DNA of 17,529 nt from an uncultured bacterium (GCA_963977445.1 CAXBPH010000141.1:1-17529), one strand, 5' to 3'; positions 1 through 8,551 are shown, counted from the stretch's first letter. The notes: generated by a model from the sequence alone, not told the origin. Translations and numbers: made by a program.

Positions 1-209
1 CCTTCACGCGCAGCCGGTTCCCGGCAAGCTTGTGGGTGCAGGGTACACCCTCGTGTTGGAATATAGCTCGAAACACTGGGTCTTTGGGTACAGTTACCGA
101 TTGAGTAACAACCCGATTCCAATCCACCACGACGCGCTGCAATCGGAAACTGTCCCCGGGATCACCACGAATGACTGTGGCAACCTACCATAACGTGTCC
201 ACCAAGCCA

Positions 210-2573
210 TTACGCCCCGCCTACAGGTCGCTCCGGCCGACGGCGTGCAGCCCAGCCAATGCCGCCCGCAAGACACAAGAACACCAGGATCACGCCACCA
301 AGCTGTACCCCAGACTGCTCATAGAATCGAGGCATTCGACCCAATCGCACCGCCCAGGCAATCCTTTCCTGGCCCCCGGCTTCATCGCACAAGGCGCGAA
401 ACGCCTCACGGGTATACGGTATGTTGGGCCCGTCCACTTCCATGAACTCTTGCACGGGAATCCAACTATCCCGAGGGACTACATCAATATACCCAACCCC
501 ATTCGCGTCATTCCCCATACGCACCTTCGGTGGACGCGCGTAGGTCGCTGTCAGTTTTTCGAAGCGTATCCCGGTACACATCCAATAGCGTACGTTGGCG
601 TGCCCCCCATCCGTCAGTATGGGGACAATGTAACGGCCATCCTGCGCAAGGTCTCCATCCGCCACACACGTCTTCAGCCAGGCGATCGCGTTCGTCCGTG
701 CGACGGCAAGGGCTTCTTCCGTCAGTTCATCGGGCTGGAACTCCGGGGCCATGCCGATATCGTCACAGACCTGGAGATAGAGGCCATAGAGCAAGCCCGA
801 GATATCGATCAGGGCGTCGGCAAGGGGCGTGCCGTCGTTCAGGACAATTGCCTGCAGCGCCGAATCTCCCAGAAGGTCCCTCAACGTGTTTTCGATAAAA
901 CGAAAGGCCCGCGCACTTCGGAGGTAGTAGGTCGCCGCCGGCTCGACCGCAAGATCGGGACTCAGCGTAACATCGAGTGGCGCTGCGAACTTATCTGCTA
1001 TATGGAGGCTCCCTACATGCAATTCCCGCCACTTCGTCACCATCGTGCGGAAGGCCTCCAGGAGTCGCTCCTTGTAGGCCCGGGAGAGCAACAACTTCTC
1101 CCCTTCCTGGCCTCTATCGGGCAGGAGCAGGGTCTCCAGGGCATAGAGTTGGTAGTCATACCAGCCACTGTCCTCATCGGGACGGAGGTCCACCTCGCCC
1201 GACTGAATCCCACGGATCAACCGGTTCATCACGTTTTCATCAGGCAGGGTCTGGAGGGCATACAACCGCCTGAACAGGGTATTCTCCGGAGAGCCTGCAG
1301 GTGGAAACAGGGTGCTATGCGCTTCTATACCCCGGTCAATGGGCACGTTTTTCCCCATGGGAAAAAAGTCGGCGTCGGGCGGATTACAGAGGCGCGACTG
1401 TAGCCCGAGGAAACCCTCATACTCCCTGGAAAGCTCAGGGTGCGTAGAAAAAACCATCCCCAACCGCTCGGAAATCCGGGCGGCGATGCGGGTCTGCATA
1501 TCCCAGTCATGTTGGTAGACGCTCCGAAAATTCCACTGACAAAATCGGGATTGCTGAAACACGCGTTCCAGTTCGGGCGTGTCGGTGTAGTAGCCGATCG
1601 GTTTACTGGCGAGCCGGTTGGCCAGGAACCACTGTTGCAGCTCCGCGGCGCCTGCGGCGACCATATCGGGCAGGGCAGGCGTTCCGCCACCAAGCATAAC
1701 GGGCACGGCAACATAAGTCGCCGCTTCTTCATCACCTGCTTCCAGCAAAACCGCAAGCAAGTCTTCCAGAAATTCCTGTCGTCCCCGGCCCAAGGCTGTT
1801 GCGTGCCCCTGGGTATAGCGTTCCACGGACGCCTTAATTTCGTCGGCGACGACTTTCGCCTTCTGGTCCACCAGCTGCACCGAGGGCATCCACGAAAGCC
1901 CCGCCGACTCGGCATAGCGTAGTGCGCTGGCATAGTCGGTAAATCGCTGTTCGCCGTGACCACGCTCCGCGCCTTCGATAGTCGCCAGGTCGAGGGCCAC
2001 CACAGCGCCGCTCTTGTTAATCTCCAACCCGGAAGGGAGGTCGGCCGTGGGCACCAAGGCTTTCCAACGGGTCGGTTCATCGACGAAAGCGGGTGTCTTG
2101 TCCGCCAGTACATCGTCGGTCAGTTTAATCGGCTCCTCCTTTTGCGCCGCCTTGGAAATGCTCAGGGGAAGGCAAAAGGGCAGGAAAAGACCTAGAATAA
2201 ATATGACCCCACAGGGAACCGAATGGGCCAGCCCGGAAAATCGCGATGATTCCGTGGCAGCGGCGCAGAGGACGATAATCGGGAGCACCACGGGCGCACT
2301 CCGCAGCATGATTTCCGGAATGCTGAGGATGGGAAATATGCCCAAGGAGACGAGTGCGGCGCTCCCGAGCCACCAATAGAACGCCTGCTTGACGAAGGGC
2401 GTCGTGTAGGGCCGCCCCAGAAGAAGGATGGCCGTCGCAATCAAAATATTCAGCGCAGCACCCAGCGCAAAAATCCCACTATCACCGTAGCGACTGAAAC
2501 AGGCGAAGCACATCATCGCGGGCCCGACACCCAACAGCAGAAAGCGAGCCCCATTGCGAACGTTCTTTTTCAT
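210..2573 (-). CDS. Membrane-anchored hypothetical protein (~787 aa): several N-terminal TM helices, large extracytoplasmic DUF3160-like domain, C-terminal TM plus basic tail
   Basis: Start trimmed from the 2894 ORF start to ATG 2573 (MKKNVRNG), which follows AAGGGAG and avoids overlap with the divergent gene. Hydrophobic segments in the first ~140 aa and at the C-terminus (GGVILVFLCLAGGIGWAARRR). Motifs PIGYYT, VEPxxxYY and EF..YTREAFR recall DUF3160 (from memory, not searched). Confidence 0.8.
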   Translation of the reverse strand: MKKNVRNGARFLLLGVGPAMMCFACFSRYGDSGIFALGAALNILIATAILLLGRPYTTPFVKQAFYWWLGSAALVSLGIFPILSIPEIMLRSAPVVLPIIVLCAAATESSRFSGLAHSVPCGVIFILGLFLPFCLPLSISKAAQKEEPIKLTDDVLADKTPAFVDEPTRWKALVPTADLPSGLEINKSGAVVALDLATIEGAERGHGEQRFTDYASALRYAESAGLSWMPSVQLVDQKAKVVADEIKASVERYTQGHATALGRGRQEFLEDLLAVLLEAGDEEAATYVAVPVMLGGGTPALPDMVAAGAAELQQWFLANRLASKPIGYYTDTPELERVFQQSRFCQWNFRSVYQHDWDMQTRIAARISERLGMVFSTHPELSREYEGFLGLQSRLCNPPDADFFPMGKNVPIDRGIEAHSTLFPPAGSPENTLFRRLYALQTLPDENVMNRLIRGIQSGEVDLRPDEDSGWYDYQLYALETLLLPDRGQEGEKLLLSRAYKERLLEAFRTMVTKWRELHVGSLHIADKFAAPLDVTLSPDLAVEPAATYYLRSARAFRFIENTLRDLLGDSALQAIVLNDGTPLADALIDISGLLYGLYLQVCDDIGMAPEFQPDELTEEALAVARTNAIAWLKTCVADGDLAQDGRYIVPILTDGGHANVRYWMCTGIRFEKLTATYARPPKVRMGNDANGVGYIDVVPRDSWIPVQEFMEVDGPNIPYTREAFRALCDEAGGQERIAWAVRLGRMPRFYEQSGVQLGGVILVFLCLAGGIGWAARRRPERPVGGA

Positions 2574-2714
2574 AGGCTCCCTTTTTTTCGACCGGGGGTT
2601 CGGGCAAACCACGATGAGCCTGCCTGTTAAACCCGAACTTCTACGATGTACTATCGATTCCCTTCCTGCTATGCTACAGGAGAACATTGGGGTAAAGACA
2701 AGGGAGCACGGGGT

Positions 2715-4112
2715 ATGCGAAAGTTTTTGCAGTGGGCGCTGGTCGCCACCATCGCCGTCCTGGCCATCGGGGTCATCGCCCACAGCCTCTTCACCACCTC
2801 CACACGCCGCGCCCGGGACGTTTCGGTAGGGGCCCTCCGTGAAAAACTCGCCCGTCTCGGCGCGGAGGAGGTCACGCCGGGCACACCAGCACACGTGGCA
2901 ACACCAACAGCGCCCGAAACGCCGCCATCAGCTCCGGAAGACGATGCTACGTCGGAACTGCAGGACCGCTGGCGGGTCGCGTTCAGTGAACTCCAAACCC
3001 GGCAGGAGGCGTGCCTACTCAGCAGAGCATTGAGCGCACCGCTGGTCGTACGCGTCGAGACCACAGGCGGCCTCACACTGTCCGTTGCAGAACTCGCCGA
3101 AGTCGCGGCCTATCGCAGTTGTCTGGGCGACGTTCTGGATGAGCTCCTTGCGTTGTGCGCTGCGTCGGATGACCTCTATGCCTTGTACGCAACATTTCCC
3201 GTTGACGATGTACCTATCTTCGGGAATTTCCTGAAGGTCCGTAGCGAAGTATCGCGTCACTTCATGGCGTGGGCATCGGAACAAAACCATGCCCGCGCCG
3301 TAGAAGCCTATACCGCCATGTTGAACCTGTCACACATTCGGTGGTTTGGTGCGCCCCAAGTGCGCGTTGCGCCGGAAATTATCTGGCCGATTATACGGAG
3401 CGCACTGGAGAGTGGACAGGTCACGGACAACCAGTGGCAACGACTCCTGGTCCAACTGGAAGCCCAACGTGATCCCAACAACTTCTTTCAGTCGTTCAAG
3501 TGGGATGTCGAAGATATTCTCGACGATTGGGAAGACTTTAATGGCACATTGTCCCAACAAATTGAAATAACGCGTGAGCCCCTCAGCTACCTTCAGAATT
3601 GGTCGTATTACAACATCACCACGCCCCTCTTTAACCACGATCTGGAGGTTTTCAGCCGGGCCATGGACGTGCTCCTCGACCTCGCGCACCGACCCTACTA
3701 TGAGATAGAACCGGAACTGGAACAGTTCTATATTGACTTCGATGTGGAACCAAGCATGGATGAACAACGTTTCATTCGGCAAAACCGCTCATGGGCGAAT
3801 GTACTCTATTACAGCCGCGTGGGCATTCCCAAAGAAGCACAGCGTCAGGCGGAAATCGACGTTGTTCGCGCAGCCATTCTCCTTGACCGGTGGCAGCGCG
3901 AGGAAGGCAGCTACCCGGAGACACTGCACGTCCTCGTCGATGACGGGAAGGACTCATTTCCCATCAGTCCCATTGACGGCAAGCCCTACCTCTATGAGCG
4001 CGAAGCAGACGGCTATCGGCTGGGCTATCGACACCCGCCCAATGTACACGGCGTTACGTTGACCCTTTGGAGCGGTCCGGAAACCGGCGACGAAGCCGTG
4101 TCGGTGGAATGA
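2715..4112 (+). CDS. Exported/signal-anchored hypothetical protein (~465 aa) with a C-terminal GspG/pseudopilin-like segment
   Basis: ATG 2715 follows AGGGAG. N-terminal MRKFLQWALVATIAVLAIGVIA signal/TM, then a Pro/Thr/Ala linker. The C-terminal AAILLDRWQREEGSYPETLHVLV...P..PIDGKPYLYE resembles the GspG 'Y..d.G.YP..L..L...DPwg.py.Y' pattern. Confidence 0.8.
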   Translation: MRKFLQWALVATIAVLAIGVIAHSLFTTSTRRARDVSVGALREKLARLGAEEVTPGTPAHVATPTAPETPPSAPEDDATSELQDRWRVAFSELQTRQEACLLSRALSAPLVVRVETTGGLTLSVAELAEVAAYRSCLGDVLDELLALCAASDDLYALYATFPVDDVPIFGNFLKVRSEVSRHFMAWASEQNHARAVEAYTAMLNLSHIRWFGAPQVRVAPEIIWPIIRSALESGQVTDNQWQRLLVQLEAQRDPNNFFQSFKWDVEDILDDWEDFNGTLSQQIEITREPLSYLQNWSYYNITTPLFNHDLEVFSRAMDVLLDLAHRPYYEIEPELEQFYIDFDVEPSMDEQRFIRQNRSWANVLYYSRVGIPKEAQRQAEIDVVRAAILLDRWQREEGSYPETLHVLVDDGKDSFPISPIDGKPYLYEREADGYRLGYRHPPNVHGVTLTLWSGPETGDEAVSVE

Positions 4113-4122
4113 AGACCCCGAT

Positions 4123-5259
4123 TCAGAGCACCCGCAACACAGCACACTTGAGGTAGCCCGTTTCGGGCATGGAAAGCATCACCGGATGGTCGGCGGCGGC
4201 CCCGCGGAACTCAAGCAACTGAATGGTCCGTTTTTCCGAGGAAGCAGCACGCTTGATGATGTCGACGAAGGTGGCATTGTCGATAAAATGGGAGCAGGAC
4301 GAGGTGACGCAAATACCACCGGGCTTGGTCGCCTTGATGGCCGCCCGATTGAGTTGGAGGTAGCGACCCTGGGCTTTCTTGGCCTGACTCCGCCCCTTCG
4401 CATAGGCCGGGGGGTCAACGATAACAATATCGAAGGGCTCTTCCGAGGCCAGGACGTTTTCCACATCGTCGCAGCGAAAATCGAGGACTTCCGATACGCC
4501 GTTGTGCTCGGCGTTGGCTTGGGCAAGTTCGATAGCCGCTGCGGAGCTGTCCACGACGACCACTTCCCGGGCACCTGCTTTAGCCGCATGACACGCCCAA
4601 AGGCCCAGATGACAATGGCCATCGAATACGCGGGCATCCTTCGCAAAGGGAACCGGCGTAAGGCGATTGAGGCGCTGGTCGAGAAACATGCCCGTCTTCT
4701 GGGCACCTTCGAGACGCAACTGCACCTGAAGGCCTTCCAGCTCAAAATCTACCGTGTCGGGCACGTCGCCCAGGCACGTCACATTATAGGCCACCTGAAA
4801 GCGGACGCCTGTGACACCTTCATTGTTCAGCAGCAGTTGCCCGAGGCGCTCCATCCACGGCACATAAAACGCGCACGAAGATTGCAGCGACACCACAGCC
4901 CCGAATCGATCGGCCACCAGACCAGGAAGGCCATCGGCCTCGGCATAGAGCCAGCGATAGGCGTCGGAGTGGGGAAAAAGTGCCTGCCGGAGTGCGAGCG
5001 CTGATTGGATGCGTCCCTGAAAAAAAGCCCCGTCGATTTCTTCCTGATGACGGGTCAAGATGCGCACCGCAATGCCGCCCTGCGCCTGGTAGAAGCCCCG
5101 CCCCACAAAACGGCGCTCGCTGGAATACACATCCACCAGATCGCCATCAGAGAGCTCGGGAAGTTTCTTAAACTCCGTCCGATAGGCCCAGGCATGACCC
5201 CGCTGTATACGACGTTCTTCTTTGGGATTCAAGGTAGCAGTGGGGATGGTGTCAATCAT
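4123..5259 (-). CDS. rlmI: RlmI/RlmK-family class I SAM-dependent 23S rRNA methyltransferase with N-terminal PUA domain
   Basis: GHAWAY PUA start, EADGLPGLVADRF, QKTGMFLDQR, FDIVIVDPP, catalytic TSSCS, DHPV...PETGYLK. Start set at ATG 5259 (MIDTIP). Confidence 0.9.
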   Translation of the reverse strand: MIDTIPTATLNPKEERRIQRGHAWAYRTEFKKLPELSDGDLVDVYSSERRFVGRGFYQAQGGIAVRILTRHQEEIDGAFFQGRIQSALALRQALFPHSDAYRWLYAEADGLPGLVADRFGAVVSLQSSCAFYVPWMERLGQLLLNNEGVTGVRFQVAYNVTCLGDVPDTVDFELEGLQVQLRLEGAQKTGMFLDQRLNRLTPVPFAKDARVFDGHCHLGLWACHAAKAGAREVVVVDSSAAAIELAQANAEHNGVSEVLDFRCDDVENVLASEEPFDIVIVDPPAYAKGRSQAKKAQGRYLQLNRAAIKATKPGGICVTSSCSHFIDNATFVDIIKRAASSEKRTIQLLEFRGAAADHPVMLSMPETGYLKCAVLRVL

Positions 5260-5365
5260 GGGGGGGCTCGCGATGGGTAGAAAAAAGGGACGTTGAGAGC
5301 CCCTATTGTAATCCATGGTGACACGCAGAATCGATTTTGGGAAGCAATTTGGACTCGGTAGTGTC

Positions 5366-5395
5366 TTGACGGTTTTTGTAACTGAGTGATATAGT
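5366..5395 (+). promoter_or_regulatory. Sigma70-type promoter for the toxin-antitoxin-like operon
   Basis: -35 TTGACG (5366-5371), 18-bp spacer, extended -10 TG-A-TATAGT (5387-5395). Confidence 0.7.
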
Positions 5396-5408
5396 GTAAC
5401 TAGATTAA
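5377..5408. promoter_or_regulatory. Candidate tandem operator sites (TGTAACT direct repeat, each in an imperfect palindrome)
   Basis: TGTAACT at 5377-5383 and 5395-5401, flanking the -10 box. Contexts are GTAACT-G-AGTGAT and TAAC-TAG-ATTA. Confidence 0.45.
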
Positions 5409-5539
5409 AGCAAGGACATCTCCAGGATGTTTAGATTGTATCGTCGGAATTTGGTTATTCCCATAGCTTCTAGGGCGAGGCAATTGAAACGGAGGCCTGA
5501 ACAGGGCTGGTTGCTTCACCACAGAGGGGCGTCGAGAGA

Positions 5540-5863
5540 ATGGAATGGCTACAATCTTTTCCGAACCTGGATCAACAGATAGCCGAATGTATCGAATCGG
5601 AACAGTATCGCTTCAGCATCCATTTTAATGCGCTGCTTGGTAAGTACAAGCTTCCCCGAATATGGGTACTTGACCGTCTGAAACAAGGTCGCCGCAAGAA
5701 AGATTTTGACTACGTTAAGGGCAAGGACGAAATCCCTTGTTTTTGTTTTGTCGCGCGAAAAACGGCCGAAATGCCTGCGCTGGTGTTTTTCGTGGCCTTT
5801 GCCAAAGAATCCGATGATTCGGTTGTGATGTGGATACAAGAATTTCATACTGACACGGATTAA
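5540..5863 (+). CDS. Divergent DUF4258-like (RelE/BrnT-type fold) putative toxin, 107 aa
   Basis: AGAGGGG upstream of the ATG. The layout I..CI....YRFSIH...VL..L..G.R.K..D...V.F.....M.I matches DUF4258-type toxins. Lies directly upstream of an HTH gene. Confidence 0.6.
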   Translation: MEWLQSFPNLDQQIAECIESEQYRFSIHFNALLGKYKLPRIWVLDRLKQGRRKKDFDYVKGKDEIPCFCFVARKTAEMPALVFFVAFAKESDDSVVMWIQEFHTDTD

Positions 5864-5889
5864 TCCCAACGACTCGGGAGAAAATACTC

Positions 5890-6351
5890 ATGTCTGATTA
5901 CAAAACAAAGGTACAGAAAAGGTTCGCCTATCACGGCGCGGGTTACGAGGTCGTACTCCACAATGTGCCCATGATAAAGCTCGGGAGTGAATGGGTATTG
6001 AATATCAACCCCGGCGTCATCGACCGCCTTATCTTTGAAGGCCTGCCCCACCATCCTTCGCGATTGACGGGCAGCCAGGTACGCTTTGTACGCGCGCTTA
6101 CGGGCATGACGCTGAAGGCCTTTGCCGATCGCTTCGGCGTGTCTCACCCGGCGGTGAAAAAGTGGGAAAACGCAGGCGATGGCCCCACCAATATGTCCTG
6201 GTCAACGGAAAAAGATATTCGGCTCTTTGTACTGGACCACGGCGATGCGGAGCCACAAGATTTTCAGGCGTGTTACAACGAGTTGGCCGTTGAAGTCTCC
6301 GGTTCACCTACCCCCGTCCACGTCGACATCGAACGCATGGCCGTCGCCTGA
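5890..6351 (+). CDS. XRE/HTH transcriptional regulator, MqsA/HigA-like putative antitoxin, 153 aa
   Basis: RBS GGGAG (5876-5880). HTH segment LTGSQVRFVRALTGMTLKAFADRFGVSHPAVKKWE. N-terminal 'YHGAGYEVVLHNVP' beta region resembles YgiT/MqsA-type proteins but has no cysteines. Confidence 0.85.
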   Translation: MSDYKTKVQKRFAYHGAGYEVVLHNVPMIKLGSEWVLNINPGVIDRLIFEGLPHHPSRLTGSQVRFVRALTGMTLKAFADRFGVSHPAVKKWENAGDGPTNMSWSTEKDIRLFVLDHGDAEPQDFQACYNELAVEVSGSPTPVHVDIERMAVA

Positions 6352-6385
6352 AACCGTCTGCCGATTTAATCCAAAAGCCGGAGCA

Positions 6386-6910
6386 CTACGTCTCCATCGT
6401 ATAGATGGCGTTCAGCTCACGGTAGCGCTCGTTGTAGTCCAAGCCATAGCCCACAACAAAGTGGTCTTCGATGGTGAACGTCACAAAATCGGCTTCCACC
6501 GGTTGGATACGCCGGGAGGGCTTGTCCAGCAGCGTGATGAACTTCGCCGAGGCCGGGTGCTGGCTCTGCACAAAATCCACAATCGCCTCGGCCGTCCTGC
6601 CCGTATCGAGGATATCCTCCACAATCAACACGTGTCGTCCCCGGAGGGATTCCTCCGGCAGATGGGTAAAGAGGACCTCCCCCGTGCTCTCGGTGCCGGC
6701 GTAGCTCTTCGCCCGGATGTATTCTACCGTGAGGGGCATGGTCAGATGACCCATCAACGCCACCGAAAAAGGCACCGCCCCCTTCAACACGACCAGCAGG
6801 CATAGCGCTTCGTTGGCATAATGCCGATTGACCGCGTCGGCTGTTTTCGCAATGCCATGCTGAATCTGCTCCCCATCAATCAGGGGCTGTTCACTCAGGC
6901 GGAGTTTCAT
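6386..6910 (-). CDS. hpt: Hypoxanthine phosphoribosyltransferase
   Basis: VLKG, KSY, PRPP-binding VLIVEDILDTGRT, LLDK, FVVGYGLD..E.YR.L. Start at ATG 6910 overlaps the tilS 3' end. Confidence 0.95.
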   Translation of the reverse strand: MKLRLSEQPLIDGEQIQHGIAKTADAVNRHYANEALCLLVVLKGAVPFSVALMGHLTMPLTVEYIRAKSYAGTESTGEVLFTHLPEESLRGRHVLIVEDILDTGRTAEAIVDFVQSQHPASAKFITLLDKPSRRIQPVEADFVTFTIEDHFVVGYGLDYNERYRELNAIYTMET

Positions 6911-8321
6911 AAACCACCATTCCTTCTTCGGTCGGTTCCGGGCACTGTTCAATTTCGACCCACCGGGTGGTCCCTTCGTGGACAGCGACATGCCCACTCA
7001 TAGCATGACCAACGACCCAGACAAGGGTATCCCCATCAACCACCAACAACTGGCGTTCACGCTGCACCGGTGTCAGGCCGAGGTGATTGTAGTAATCTTT
7101 CAGTTTCTTCGTGCCCGTCATCCCCAGGGGGGCGATTCGGTCCCCGGGCTTTCGGGTGCGAATGGTCAGGGCCGTCCCCAGCCGGTCCCCATCAACAATC
7201 TGCCGATGGTCCGATCCGTAGCCGTGCGCCGGCCCCGCAGGGGCCTCACTAAGGCAGCGACAACGAAACCGGATTCCATCCGTCACGACTTCCCCCGGAA
7301 CAGCAAGCACCACGGCGGGCCGCTCCGTAAGGTCCGCCGTCGTGCGGACCACTTCGGCATAGCCACGGGTCAGCAACAGAGATTCATGGCACCCGATATC
7401 CAATAACTTTCCGGTTTCACCCCCGTGAAGGAACCGCACCGCGCGGCCTACGATTTCATAGGTTCCCGCACCCCCGGCATCCAGAATTACTTCCGTCATC
7501 ACGCGGTACTGGAGGGCCTCGTCCAGCCCACAAAACTCCTGCCGGTGAATGCGTCCGTCCTGGTCCCGAATACGGCCCAGCGCTTCCGCCGTGAGTCGGG
7601 TCAGTAAAGCATCTTCGCGCCGCTGAATTTCGGCCAAGCGATTCAGGGCATCAACAACACGGGGATTAAAATCCCGGGCCAGGGTCGGCAACAGTTGGTG
7701 GCGCATCCGATTGCGGACCATGTCGGTGTCCCGGTTGCTGCTGTCTTCACGCCAGGCGAGTCCTTCGCCACGGAGCCAGGCTTCCAGGGTAACTCGTCGA
7801 AATCCCAGGAGGGGACGTAACAGGGGAATGCCCCCCACGTCGCCAATGGGCTGGATACCGCCCAGTCCCGAAGGGCTGGTCCCTCGCAAGGCCCGCATGA
7901 GAACCGTTTCTGCCTGATCATCCCCGTGGTGCCCCGTTACGATGGCCCCGTAACCGTGAGAACGGGCCGTTTTCACCAGAAAGGCATAGCGCACCCGCCG
8001 GGCCACCATTTCAAAACTCTCGGACGCCTCCCGGGCCAATGCCGCAACATCCGCACAGCCACGATAAATGGGCACACCCAACGACGCGGCTTCGGCGGCC
8101 ACGAAATCGCCCTCTTCCGTGCTGGCCCCTTCCCGGGTCTGGTGGTCAAAGTGGGCCACCCCAAGGCCCCGACCACCACCGTGCAGCAAATGGAGCAGGG
8201 CCATAGAGTCGGCCCCGCCAGAAACGGCAAGGAGAAGTGGCTCGCCCGCCGCAGGCCCATGGAGGGCGTCCAAAGCGCGCGATACACCTTGGATCAGGCT
8301 CTCAGTAGACTCTGTTGCCAT
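6891..8321 (-). CDS. tilS: tRNA(Ile)-lysidine synthase
   Basis: PP-loop AVSGGADS, HFDHQTR, E..AR..RY, TGHHGDDQAETVL, RPLL, DSSN, RNRMR, and TilS_C region (R.RKPGDR...GTKKLKD). Start at ATG 8321. Confidence 0.95.
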   Translation of the reverse strand: MATESTESLIQGVSRALDALHGPAAGEPLLLAVSGGADSMALLHLLHGGGRGLGVAHFDHQTREGASTEEGDFVAAEAASLGVPIYRGCADVAALAREASESFEMVARRVRYAFLVKTARSHGYGAIVTGHHGDDQAETVLMRALRGTSPSGLGGIQPIGDVGGIPLLRPLLGFRRVTLEAWLRGEGLAWREDSSNRDTDMVRNRMRHQLLPTLARDFNPRVVDALNRLAEIQRREDALLTRLTAEALGRIRDQDGRIHRQEFCGLDEALQYRVMTEVILDAGGAGTYEIVGRAVRFLHGGETGKLLDIGCHESLLLTRGYAEVVRTTADLTERPAVVLAVPGEVVTDGIRFRCRCLSEAPAGPAHGYGSDHRQIVDGDRLGTALTIRTRKPGDRIAPLGMTGTKKLKDYYNHLGLTPVQRERQLLVVDGDTLVWVVGHAMSGHVAVHEGTTRWVEIEQCPEPTEEGMVVYETPPE

Positions 8322-8381
8322 GGAAATATCACACTTTCGGGGTAACGACGCAGACCAGTTAAGCCAAAGCAGCACCGCCAT

Positions 8382-8411
8382 TTGTATATTTTCGGGCTGC
8401 CTCGCTATACT
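8382..8411 (+). promoter_or_regulatory. Candidate sigma70 promoter for the dprE1-dprE2-ubiA operon
   Basis: TTGTAT (8382-8387), 18-bp spacer, TATACT (8406-8411), in the divergent intergenic region. Confidence 0.45.
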
Positions 8412-8551
8412 CTCCACGACCATTCTAACGTCTCCGAGCAAGTTTTCGCACACTCCACTGGGTCGGGTGGGTGATTCCGGCGGAGATCCCCGAGGGAAAA
8501 CAAATCGTCCGCAACAGGACGACGCTCTCCAATCAAACAAGGAAGTGCACT

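Noticed and set aside
94..210. 38-aa minus-strand ORF starting at a TAATG overlap with the upstream stop codon
   Set aside because: No RBS or homology evidence; too short to support.
171..1403. 410-aa plus-strand ORF, and similar antisense ORFs at 4186-5004, 8579-9526, 11552-12415 and 14911-15684
   Set aside because: Shadow ORFs antisense to well-supported genes, expected at high GC, with no recognisable motifs.
2596..2640. GGGCAAACC inside a GTTCGGG/CCCGAAC inverted repeat, resembling the start of a c-di-GMP-I riboswitch
   Set aside because: Lacks the GAAA-loop stem and the GACGCAAAGC core. At most an ordinary hairpin or operator in a divergent promoter region.
2574..2894. Long N-terminal extensions in the ORF track (also for tilS, hpt, dprE1, glgC and rlmI)
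   Set aside because: They overlap other genes or promoters, while downstream ATGs match the family N-termini.
5320..6385. Mobile element or attachment-site boundaries around the TA module
   Set aside because: No terminal repeats, target duplication, transposase or integrase seen.
8460..8525. Possible ykkC/PRPP or ZTP riboswitch upstream of dprE1
   Set aside because: The conserved cores (CTAGGGTTCCG...GGATA.AAGCCC and CGCCTGGGC) are absent.
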